A stretch of DNA of 48,429 nt from an uncultured Bdellovibrionales bacterium (GTDB taxonomy: Bacteria; Bdellovibrionota; JAFGOL01), in assembly GCA_964411885.1 (NCBI GenBank), contig CAYPMK010000006.1:1-48429 (forward strand). The letters are read 5' to 3'. Positions within the stretch are counted from its first letter, which is position 1. Every line of letters starts with the position of its first letter. Below are positions 8,837 to 16,920 of this stretch, piece by piece. The translations under genes and the position numbers were made by a program. The notes under the pieces were generated by a model that saw only the letters and a program-made list of their open reading frames with translations, was not told the DNA's origin and did no database searches.

Positions 8837-8866
8837 AAGTATTACCTCCAAAACACATATTATTAT

Positions 8867-8910
8867 TCATCTCTGAAAACCCTGTTACATTTATGTGAAA
8901 TTTATGTGAA
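8867..8910 (-). promoter_or_regulatory. Pho-box-like array upstream of pstS (four 11-bp-phased hexamers)
   Basis: Read on the minus strand: TTCACAtaaat TTCACAtaaat GTAACAgggtt TTCAGAgatga, followed by the AT-rich -10 TAATAA/TAATAT. GTAACA sits 17 nt upstream of TAATAA. Confidence 0.55.
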
Positions 8911-8947
8911 ATAGAACAAGAGTAACGTTAAACAAGAATCAACAATT

Positions 8948-8991
8948 TTCACAAAATTTTAACAAGATCTTCATCTAACCTTAACAGTCAA
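8948..8991 (+). promoter_or_regulatory. Pho-box-like array upstream of the porin gene (four 11-bp-phased hexamers)
   Basis: TTCACAaaatt TTAACAagatc TTCATCtaacc TTAACAgtcaa. The last hexamer lies 17 nt upstream of TATTAA (9004-9009). Confidence 0.55.
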
Positions 8992-9035
8992 AACATATAA
9001 CCATATTAAAACAAATGACCAGGAGGTTTTACGAC

Positions 9036-10172
9036 ATGATTTACCTATTATTGCTTGTATCTTTACTGTTTAATTCTAATGCAACAGAAAACGAAGACAC
9101 TCTTTCATGGGTTGATAAGTTAAAACCTTCAGGAGATTTTAGATTTAGGTTCCAAGATGATAACCCTATTGGATATGGTAACAACAGAGATAGAGTAAGA
9201 ATACGTTTAAGAGGCAGAATAGAGCCCAAAATAACTGAAGATATAAAAGTTGGTGTAGGACTTGCCACTGGTTTTAATAATAACAACATAGACAATCTAA
9301 CCGACAAAGATATAGCTAGATCTACTAATCAAACTCTCGGCGATGGATTTTCTAAAAAATCAATAAGCTTAGAGCTCGGATATGCCGAATATTCGCCAAT
9401 AAGCTGGGGTAGTTTAATAGTTGGTAAATTTAAAAATCCAATATGGGAACCGGGCGATTTAATATGGGATACAGATATAAACCCAGAAGGCGTTGCATTA
9501 AAATTTAAAGGAAAATTAAATTCAAATTTTGAGTTATTTAGTACAACTGATGTCTTTTCTTTGGAAGAAAGAGGAAGTGAACCAGATATAATAATGTATG
9601 TTTTCCAAGCTGGTTTTAATCACAAAGCTACAGAAAAGGTTTCTTATAAAGTAGGTTTTTCATATTACGGATTCTCTGACCTTAAAGGCAAGCATTTAGA
9701 TGGCAGTACGTTAAGTAATTCAATAAACAACAGCCAAGACGGCCTACTACTATATAATTACAACAACATCGTCGGTGCAGTAGAGTTCATGTTTAAAAAC
9801 CCATTTAACACAGACTTACCCTTGCTTTCTCTTTTTATTGAATATGTTACAAATGCCAACAGTAAAATACACGGCAACAATAAAAATGGATATATGATAG
9901 GCACGTTGTTCGGAAGTGAAAAACTAAAAGAATTTTCTGATTGGCAAATAAAATATAACTATGCCGTGTTAGAGAAAGACTCTATATTAGATATTCTGCC
10001 TGATTCAGATCGTTACTCCGGAAAAACGAATATGAGGGCTCATGAACTTGCGTTCAACTACGCTCTTGGTTCTAGTAACTGGATCGGAATAGATTTTTAC
10101 TATGGGGAACAACTTAAGGGCCCAAAATTACCAGCAACAGTACTACAGCTTGATTGGAACCTGTTTTTTTAA
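9036..10172 (+). CDS. Outer-membrane porin, probably Pho-regulated
   Basis: Start moved to MIYLLLLVSLLF (ATG at 9036), 9 nt after AGGAGG. Signal peptide present, the GDFRFRFQ motif common in putative-porin families, alternating beta-strand pattern, and a C-terminal ...LDWNLFF. Confidence 0.7.
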   Translation: MIYLLLLVSLLFNSNATENEDTLSWVDKLKPSGDFRFRFQDDNPIGYGNNRDRVRIRLRGRIEPKITEDIKVGVGLATGFNNNNIDNLTDKDIARSTNQTLGDGFSKKSISLELGYAEYSPISWGSLIVGKFKNPIWEPGDLIWDTDINPEGVALKFKGKLNSNFELFSTTDVFSLEERGSEPDIIMYVFQAGFNHKATEKVSYKVGFSYYGFSDLKGKHLDGSTLSNSINNSQDGLLLYNYNNIVGAVEFMFKNPFNTDLPLLSLFIEYVTNANSKIHGNNKNGYMIGTLFGSEKLKEFSDWQIKYNYAVLEKDSILDILPDSDRYSGKTNMRAHELAFNYALGSSNWIGIDFYYGEQLKGPKLPATVLQLDWNLFF

Positions 10173-10184
10173 AGAGCGGTTACT

Positions 10185-11936
10185 TCATCGAGGTATAGAA
10201 AAACTAAAAGTTGAACCAACGCCTTCTGTGCTTTTAACAGAAACATCTCCACCGTGTGCTTGCACTATATGTTTAACAATAGAAAGGCCAAGGCCTGTGC
10301 CTCCTAGATCTTTGGATCTAGCTTTATCAACTCTATAGAATCTCTCAAAGATCCTAGGGAGATCTTTTTCTGGTATCCCTATCCCTGAATCTTTAACATG
10401 AACAGTAATAAAATCTGTAGTTACTTCAGAATATATATTTATAACAGAACTTGGATCGCTATATTTAATTGCATTGTGTATAAGATTTATTAATGCCTGA
10501 GCAAGAAGAGACTCATCATATTTTACTTTTAGAGCATCAACATTATTTTCTATTTTAATATCCTTAAGATCTATTTCCTGTTTAACTCTATCTATAGATA
10601 CAGAAACAAGATCTTTAATATTCTTTTCCTCTAGTTTAAGTTTAAACATATCTGACTCTATCTTTGATAAATCCAAAATGTCATTTATCAAAGAAGCAAG
10701 TCTTGATGCTTCCATATTTATTATATTTACAAAATTATGTGCATTATCTTTGTCACAAAGCGCACCATCTAATAAGGTTTCTGCATAACCTTTAATACTA
10801 GATATAGGAGTCCTTAGCTCATGAGAAACATTAGCAACAAAATCTTTTCTTATAGTCTCCAATTTTCTCAATTCTGTAATATCGCTAAAAACAAGTACTG
10901 CTCCAAAGACATCCCTCCCCTTAACAACTGGAGAAGCATGGATTAAGAGAGTCTTGTTATATGGCATCAACAAGTTCTCCTCTAAACTAAGAACTCCATA
11001 ACTAATCTTTAGCGCTTTCTCTGCTATGTTCTGTATATTGACGTTCCTAACAAGCTCTATTGGCTTTCTTCCCATTGTATTAGTATCTTTTATATGCAAC
11101 ATTTCTTTTAAAGCTGTGTTCATTAAAATAATGTTACCGTTAACGTCTACCGCCATAACACCTTCGAACATGCTCATTAGTACAGCCTCAAATCTTGAGT
11201 TGTTAGTAACAACTTCTTTCATTTTATATTTAATATTATCACGCATAGAATTAAGCGCCTTACCAAGCTCTCCCACTTCATCTTTTTTGTTATCACTAAA
11301 CTTTAGCGTAAGATCTCCAGATGCCATCTCTAAAGCTTTAGATGCAAGTTCTCTTATAGGCCTTGATATAATATGAAAAACAAAAAGACCTAAAATAAGT
11401 GTAGCTACAAAAACTAAAGATAAGGAAACAAGCAAAGCTCCTTCTATATCTTCTGATATCAAGCTTATTCTATCTACTGGTATAGATAGCCTAAGAAAAG
11501 ATTTTTTATTATCTATTGTTATCGGTGTTGCATAGTACAAAATATCTTTCTTTAATGTTGTGCTGAACCTTTTACTCCAACCTTCTCCATTCTTTATAGC
11601 GTCCTGTATTTCTGGTCTTTCTATGTGATTTTCAAGCCTCAGCATGTCTTTATGTGCAAGATCTGTATCCCCCACCACTACTCCACTTTGATCCAATATT
11701 GTTATCCTTAAAGAAAGGTCTTCCCCTATCTGATGAGCAAAATCTTCTAACGATTTCTTGTCACCACTAAAGTTAGCCAGAACATGTCTTATAGAGATAG
11801 ATTGTTTCTTAATATTATTTTTTAATTGTGAAAGATGATATTTGTTAAAACTAAGATCTATATATATAAAGATAAACAACAACGTGGCTGCCATAATAGA
11901 GCCAAAAGCCAAAAACAATTTATAATGTAATTTCAT
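10185..11936 (-). CDS. phoR: PhoR-type sensor histidine kinase (2 TM, periplasmic domain, HAMP, PAS, HisKA, HATPase)
   Basis: H-box SHELRTPISSIKGY, N-box LINLIHNAIKYS, G-boxes DSGIGIP and GGTGLGLSIVKHIV. 4-nt overlap with the phoB-like gene. Confidence 0.85.
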   Translation of the reverse strand: MKLHYKLFLAFGSIMAATLLFIFIYIDLSFNKYHLSQLKNNIKKQSISIRHVLANFSGDKKSLEDFAHQIGEDLSLRITILDQSGVVVGDTDLAHKDMLRLENHIERPEIQDAIKNGEGWSKRFSTTLKKDILYYATPITIDNKKSFLRLSIPVDRISLISEDIEGALLVSLSLVFVATLILGLFVFHIISRPIRELASKALEMASGDLTLKFSDNKKDEVGELGKALNSMRDNIKYKMKEVVTNNSRFEAVLMSMFEGVMAVDVNGNIILMNTALKEMLHIKDTNTMGRKPIELVRNVNIQNIAEKALKISYGVLSLEENLLMPYNKTLLIHASPVVKGRDVFGAVLVFSDITELRKLETIRKDFVANVSHELRTPISSIKGYAETLLDGALCDKDNAHNFVNIINMEASRLASLINDILDLSKIESDMFKLKLEEKNIKDLVSVSIDRVKQEIDLKDIKIENNVDALKVKYDESLLAQALINLIHNAIKYSDPSSVINIYSEVTTDFITVHVKDSGIGIPEKDLPRIFERFYRVDKARSKDLGGTGLGLSIVKHIVQAHGGDVSVKSTEGVGSTFSFSIPR

Positions 11937-12613
11937 TTATCTTTAAACCTATAACCTACGCTTCTAATCGTCTCTATGTTATCACCATATTTCCCCAATT
12001 TCTGCCTTAATCTTTTTATATGAGTATCTATGGTCCTTGTGCTTATATCACCAGAAGCACCCCAAACTTTTTCAAGAAGATGTTCTCTTGTCTGAACTTG
12101 TCCTTTGTTACTTAAAAGATTAAGTAAAAGTTTAAATTCCATAGCTGTAAGGTCTATTTTCTTTGTTCCTAAAAAAGCCTCATAATTATTAACATCTATT
12201 TTTATATCTCCAAAAAGAATCAAATCTTCCTCTAGTTCCTCTCTTTTTAATATAGCTTTAACCCTTAGAACAAGTTCTCTCGGGCTAAAAGGCTTAACCA
12301 CATAATCATCTGCACCAAGTTCAAAACCAAGAACTTTATCAAGCTCCTCTCCTTTTGCTGTTAGCATTAATATTCTTGTTGAAGAAAATTTCTTATTACT
12401 TCTTATACGCTTACATACTTCCAGACCATCAAGACCCGGCAACATAATATCTAATATGACCATGTGGAATTTACTCTTTTGCATCTCCACAAGAGCTAAT
12501 TCTCCTGTAGATGAAATAGTTGTTCTAAACCCTGCTTTCTGCAAATTATATTCCACAAGCTTAGATATATTAGGATCATCTTCAACTATAAGTATTTTCT
12601 TATTCTCGACCAT
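11933..12613 (-). CDS. phoB: PhoB/OmpR-family response regulator
   Basis: Receiver domain (ILIVEDD...ILDIMLPGLDG...KPF) and a winged-helix output domain (RTIDTHIKRLRQKL...VGYRF). Confidence 0.9.
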   Translation of the reverse strand: MVENKKILIVEDDPNISKLVEYNLQKAGFRTTISSTGELALVEMQKSKFHMVILDIMLPGLDGLEVCKRIRSNKKFSSTRILMLTAKGEELDKVLGFELGADDYVVKPFSPRELVLRVKAILKREELEEDLILFGDIKIDVNNYEAFLGTKKIDLTAMEFKLLLNLLSNKGQVQTREHLLEKVWGASGDISTRTIDTHIKRLRQKLGKYGDNIETIRSVGYRFKDK

Positions 12614-12679
12614 GTTCTGTGTCCTCTATTAGCTAGTATAGAAAACAACCATTAAAAAGTATATATCTTAAGAATACTT

Positions 12680-12696
12680 TTCACACATTTGTCACA
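12680..12696 (+). promoter_or_regulatory. Candidate Pho box upstream of phoB (TTCACAcatttGTCACA), in opposite orientation to the gene
   Basis: Two hexamers with an 11-bp period, 67-83 nt upstream of the phoB ATG. They match the TTMACA units seen at pstS and the porin. Confidence 0.3.
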
Positions 12697-12701
12697 ATAT
12701 A

Positions 12702-13484
12702 TTAAAAAGATAGACCAAGTCTGTATGACCAGAATTCTTTATTATATTCAAGTAAAGACTCATTATAGCCATGATACAGCTGTACAAATAAAGACGGGTT
12801 AAATCTTCCACCGCCAAGCCTTAATTTGAACCCAAGTTCTTGACCACCCTTGCTTATAGACTCAGACAACTTGCCTCCTGAAAAAAAAGCAAAATACAAA
12901 GTGGCCCTATCTATAAACTCCGTTAAATTAAAGAAATTAACCAGAGACACCTTTGTTTCCCAAAATCCCATATATTCACCAATATCCATATTGGTTTTAT
13001 CTAAAGAAAATTTATATAGAGCAAAAACTTTTGTATCCCAATTAAAAGTCCATTTATTAAATTGACTCGTAGTATTAAATTTAACATAGCTTCTGCTCCA
13101 AGCTCTTGAGTCTGCCCCAGAGCGACCATTTGATTTATGTTCATAGATACCTATATCTATAGATTTTAAGATCCCAGAATCACGAGTATGTATCCTATAA
13201 AAAAGTTCTGGATTATAATTTACATCTTTAAATGGAGAAGACTCTTCTTTTATATTCCAAAACATAAGTTGAGTGTAAGCAATAAAAAGATCTGCCCTAC
13301 TGAATAGTTTATATTTAAGGCTTATTTGAACTTTGGTATTAGGCTGACCTGTTATAAAATAAAGATCGTTGTGTTTGGATATCCTGTCTTCATCTTCACA
13401 GTCACAAGAAATATTCTGTTCTTCAGGAAAAATATTTAGAGAAGTCAGGGTCATTATAAAGACAATAGTTAATTTAAAAAACAT
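12702..13484 (-). CDS. pldA: Outer-membrane phospholipase A (OMPLA)
   Basis: Catalytic HxSNG motif (YEHKSNGRSG), YNPELFYR motif, signal peptide, and a beta-barrel pattern ending ...RLGLSF. Confidence 0.85.
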   Translation of the reverse strand: MFFKLTIVFIMTLTSLNIFPEEQNISCDCEDEDRISKHNDLYFITGQPNTKVQISLKYKLFSRADLFIAYTQLMFWNIKEESSPFKDVNYNPELFYRIHTRDSGILKSIDIGIYEHKSNGRSGADSRAWSRSYVKFNTTSQFNKWTFNWDTKVFALYKFSLDKTNMDIGEYMGFWETKVSLVNFFNLTEFIDRATLYFAFFSGGKLSESISKGGQELGFKLRLGGGRFNPSLFVQLYHGYNESLLEYNKEFWSYRLGLSF

Positions 13485-13487
13485 ATT

Positions 13488-14648
13488 TTAACCGTTAATA
13501 GATTCTACAAGATCTTCTGGATCATTTGTTATCACCGGATCAAGTGAGGCACATTTTTCGAAGGAAGAGACAACATTGAACTCAGGTTTAATTACATTCT
13601 TACCGCTTTTATCCAAAAAGCCCCACTTACCATTTATTTCCACAGCGACCATTCCATAATTATAATCATGTACTGCATCAAACTTTGGTTCTACTATATA
13701 ATTGCCTTCCTTATCTATAAACCCCCATTTACTATCAACAGAAACAGCTGCTATCCCTTCATTAAAGTTCCATGCCCAGTCAAATTTTGGTTCTATAACA
13801 TAAAGACCTCGTTGATTTATAAAACCCCATTTACCTCTTGATCTGACCATAGAAAGCCCTTCTACAAAATCATAAGCTTCTCCAAATTTTGGTTCTATAA
13901 CAAAACTACCTTTTTTATCTATAAAACCAACTAAGCCCCTAGATCTTACTCTTGCTATACCGTCTATAAAATCATTAGCGCTGGAATACCTAGGACTTAT
14001 AACAAAATTTCCTTTCTTGCTTATATAACCCCAGCTACGACCAGATTTAACTCTAGCCAAACCGTCGCTAAATTCTCCTGCAGATCTGAATTTTGGTTTT
14101 ATTATGTATTTACCGGTATTGTCTATAAAACCCCAGTTTCTTCCTACTTTGACCCTTGAAGCATTTTCATTGAAATCATTTGCTGATGAAAATTTTGGCT
14201 CTATAACATAAAGGCCTTCTTTATTTATAAAGCCCCATCTTCTTTGAACCCTTACTCTTGCCAAACCTTCTTTAAAAGGACGAGCATAATCAAAACTTGG
14301 CTGTATTATAAAATCCCCTTTTTTATCTATAAATCCCCATTTATCACCAATAGAAGCTGCAGCTACCCCATCTACAAAATTACTGACTGAATCATATTGT
14401 GGTTTGATCACCACTTTCCCATTTTCATCTATAAAACCCCATTTACCATTCTTGTTAACAGCAGCGCAACCATCTTTAAATGGCATGGCATCGTCATAAA
14501 CTGGTTTTATAACAAATTTACCTGTTCTGTTTATAAAACCAACTTTATCTTTACCAACAAGTGCAAGGGTCTTAACATCAAAACTAAAAACATTAATACT
14601 TGTTGAACAAACAAGTAATATAAGAATAGATTTAATTATATTTTTCAT
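13488..14648 (-). CDS. WG-repeat (KWG-type) secreted protein
   Basis: Signal peptide, then about 10 tandem units of roughly 33 aa of the form KWGFIDKxGxxVIxPKFdxaxxFxxGlArV. Confidence 0.85.
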   Translation of the reverse strand: MKNIIKSILILLVCSTSINVFSFDVKTLALVGKDKVGFINRTGKFVIKPVYDDAMPFKDGCAAVNKNGKWGFIDENGKVVIKPQYDSVSNFVDGVAAASIGDKWGFIDKKGDFIIQPSFDYARPFKEGLARVRVQRRWGFINKEGLYVIEPKFSSANDFNENASRVKVGRNWGFIDNTGKYIIKPKFRSAGEFSDGLARVKSGRSWGYISKKGNFVISPRYSSANDFIDGIARVRSRGLVGFIDKKGSFVIEPKFGEAYDFVEGLSMVRSRGKWGFINQRGLYVIEPKFDWAWNFNEGIAAVSVDSKWGFIDKEGNYIVEPKFDAVHDYNYGMVAVEINGKWGFLDKSGKNVIKPEFNVVSSFEKCASLDPVITNDPEDLVESING

Positions 14649-14692
14649 ATTATTAAGTTGTTTAACATACAGAACTCTTCAAGGCAACTTGT

Positions 14693-15685
14693 TCAGCATA
14701 TCCTTGGTACCTGAATACCATCCATTGTTCTTAATTTTCTTAACCCCCCAAAGCTTGTAAACAGCAGAACGTCTTGTGATCCCTTTTTGATATTACCTAT
14801 ATTTACTGCTTTAGGGCCAAAAACTTTAACAACGGCATCCTCTATACTTGGTTTACCAATTATGACCAGCCTGCCTTCTGAGGCGAAACAGAATGGGTCA
14901 AAGCCAGCGACATCACATAATGTTTTAACTTCGTCAGAGAAAGGGACATTGTTTTCCATTATATTTGCAGCAACAGATGAGTTAGATACTATATCATTTA
15001 AAGCCCCAGTAAGTCCTCCTCGAGTAGGATCCTTTATAACGTGTACATCCTTGGTAAGAGACAAAAGTTCTTGGACCTTCTTGTTCAGAGGAGCAAGATC
15101 ACTTTTTACTTCAAGCCCTATCTTAAGTATATCTCTAGACATTATTATGGAAGCTTCATGATCACCTATCGGGCCTGTAACCATAATAACATCCCCATCA
15201 CTCGCATTATGACTAGATATATCTATCCCATCCTCTATAAAGCCTATACCCGCTGTATTAATATATAAGAGATCGCACTTACCAGCTTCAACCACCTTTG
15301 TATCACCAGTAACTATGCTAACGCCAGCCTCTTTTGCTGTTAAAGCTATAGACGAAACTATTCTTTTTATATCCTCTAAAGCAGCTCCTGCCTCTATTAT
15401 AAATGAAAGTGATAAATATTTAGCTACAGCACCACTAGAAGCAAGATCATTAACCGTACCACAAACACAAAGACGACCAATATCACCACCATTAAAAAAA
15501 ACTGGAGATACTACATAACTATCAGAGGTAAAGGCTATTCTCTTATTTTCTGAGCACAACCTAGCAGCGTCATCCATTGTGTTAAGTACAGGATTGCCTA
15601 GTTCAGAAACAATTATTTTACTGATAAAATCCTGCATCTGCTTTCCGCCAGCACCAACATTAATATCGACTTTATCTCTTATCAC
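14693..15685 (-). CDS. hypE: [NiFe]-hydrogenase maturation protein HypE
   Basis: AIR-synthase-like fold length and the diagnostic C-terminal PRIC motif (...GIQVPRIC). Confidence 0.95.
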   Translation of the reverse strand: MIRDKVDINVGAGGKQMQDFISKIIVSELGNPVLNTMDDAARLCSENKRIAFTSDSYVVSPVFFNGGDIGRLCVCGTVNDLASSGAVAKYLSLSFIIEAGAALEDIKRIVSSIALTAKEAGVSIVTGDTKVVEAGKCDLLYINTAGIGFIEDGIDISSHNASDGDVIMVTGPIGDHEASIIMSRDILKIGLEVKSDLAPLNKKVQELLSLTKDVHVIKDPTRGGLTGALNDIVSNSSVAANIMENNVPFSDEVKTLCDVAGFDPFCFASEGRLVIIGKPSIEDAVVKVFGPKAVNIGNIKKGSQDVLLFTSFGGLRKLRTMDGIQVPRIC

Positions 15686-15697
15686 CTACACACCGCC

Positions 15698-16699
15698 TTA
15701 ATTACTTATATATTTATAGTATGCAGAACAGGTCCCTTCGCTAGAGACCATACACGGACCAACAGGAGAAGATGGGACACATTGTTTCCCATATAGTACA
15801 CAATCTGTTGGCGTTTTTTTACCAAGGAGCACTTCGCCACAAAGACATGAAGACGGATCTTTAATGTTCATATCTTTTATATTGAATCTTTCTTTTGCAT
15901 CAAATCTAGAATATTTTTCTGATATCTTGAGCCCGGACTTTTTTAAAACACCAATACCCCTCCATTCAGAATCTACGATATCAAAAACTTCTTTAACTAT
16001 ATCTTTTGCTTTTTCATTGCCATTACTTTTAACTATGCCCATATAATTATTTATCACACCAAATTCGTTGTTAGTTATCATTAAAGATATTTTTTCTATT
16101 GAATCCATTATCCCTTTTGGATCAAAGCCGCTAATAACACCTCTACCAGATAGCTCTGTAATAAAATCAAAATAACTACTCCCTGTTATCGCCGCTACAT
16201 GACCCGGTAATATAAAACCATCTATATTATTTTCTTTGTCCTTTAATATTAGTTCCAAAGCTGGAGGGACTATTTTGTTCATACATAAGACAGTAAAATT
16301 ATCTAAACCAAGTTCGTTAGCTCTAATTATAACACTTGCTGTTATGGGTGTTGTCGTCTCAAAGCCAACTCCCAAAAAAACTATATTTTTAGCTTTATTG
16401 TTTTTAGCAAGATCTATCGAATCAAGAGGATCATACAATACTTTAACATTTTTATAATCCATTAACATTCTGTCATTACATGGGATCCTTATCATGTCTC
16501 CAAAAGTTGTTATAATAACGTCGTCCCTATCTGCAAGCATTAAAGCATTATTTATATCACTAGATGAGCTTACACAAACAGGGCAACCCGGACCACTTAT
16601 AATGTTTATATCGTTAGGCAACAAACCTCTTAATCCAAACCTAGCAATACTCATAGTGTGCGTTCCACACACTTCCATAATAGTCATTTTATTCTTCAT
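15698..16699 (-). CDS. hypD: [NiFe]-hydrogenase maturation protein HypD (short N-terminus)
   Basis: Motifs MEVCGTHT, GPGCPVCV, GFETT, PGHV and a C-terminal Cys cluster CxxxxxC...C..PxGxCMVSxEGxC. Confidence 0.95.
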   Translation of the reverse strand: MKNKMTIMEVCGTHTMSIARFGLRGLLPNDINIISGPGCPVCVSSSSDINNALMLADRDDVIITTFGDMIRIPCNDRMLMDYKNVKVLYDPLDSIDLAKNNKAKNIVFLGVGFETTTPITASVIIRANELGLDNFTVLCMNKIVPPALELILKDKENNIDGFILPGHVAAITGSSYFDFITELSGRGVISGFDPKGIMDSIEKISLMITNNEFGVINNYMGIVKSNGNEKAKDIVKEVFDIVDSEWRGIGVLKKSGLKISEKYSRFDAKERFNIKDMNIKDPSSCLCGEVLLGKKTPTDCVLYGKQCVPSSPVGPCMVSSEGTCSAYYKYISN

Positions 16700-16910
16700 T
16701 TAATATCTCACCATGAAAAGACAATAACTCTTCTGCTAAGACTGCATCTATTTTTTCTATTATAAAACCAGCATGAATCAAAACATAATCATCCACTTTT
16801 ATGTTATCCATAAGAACAGATGATACTTTTATTTTTGCTTTCCTTGACACAACAAGAACGGTCTTGTCATCTATTAATTCAACCACTTTTGCTGGTATTG
16901 CCAAACACAT
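16689..16910 (-). CDS. hypC: [NiFe]-hydrogenase maturation chaperone HypC
   Basis: N-terminal MCLAIPAKV with the essential Cys2. About 73 aa, OB-fold size. Confidence 0.9.
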   Translation of the reverse strand: MCLAIPAKVVELIDDKTVLVVSRKAKIKVSSVLMDNIKVDDYVLIHAGFIIEKIDAVLAEELLSFHGEILNEE

Positions 16911-16920
16911 TATACGCTCC

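Noticed and set aside
14649-14692. Weak inverted repeat AAGTTG...CAACTT between hypE and the WG-repeat gene, considered as a terminator
   Set aside because: It has only a 6-bp stem with a loop of about 24 nt and no U-tract on the coding strand, so it is not a credible intrinsic terminator.
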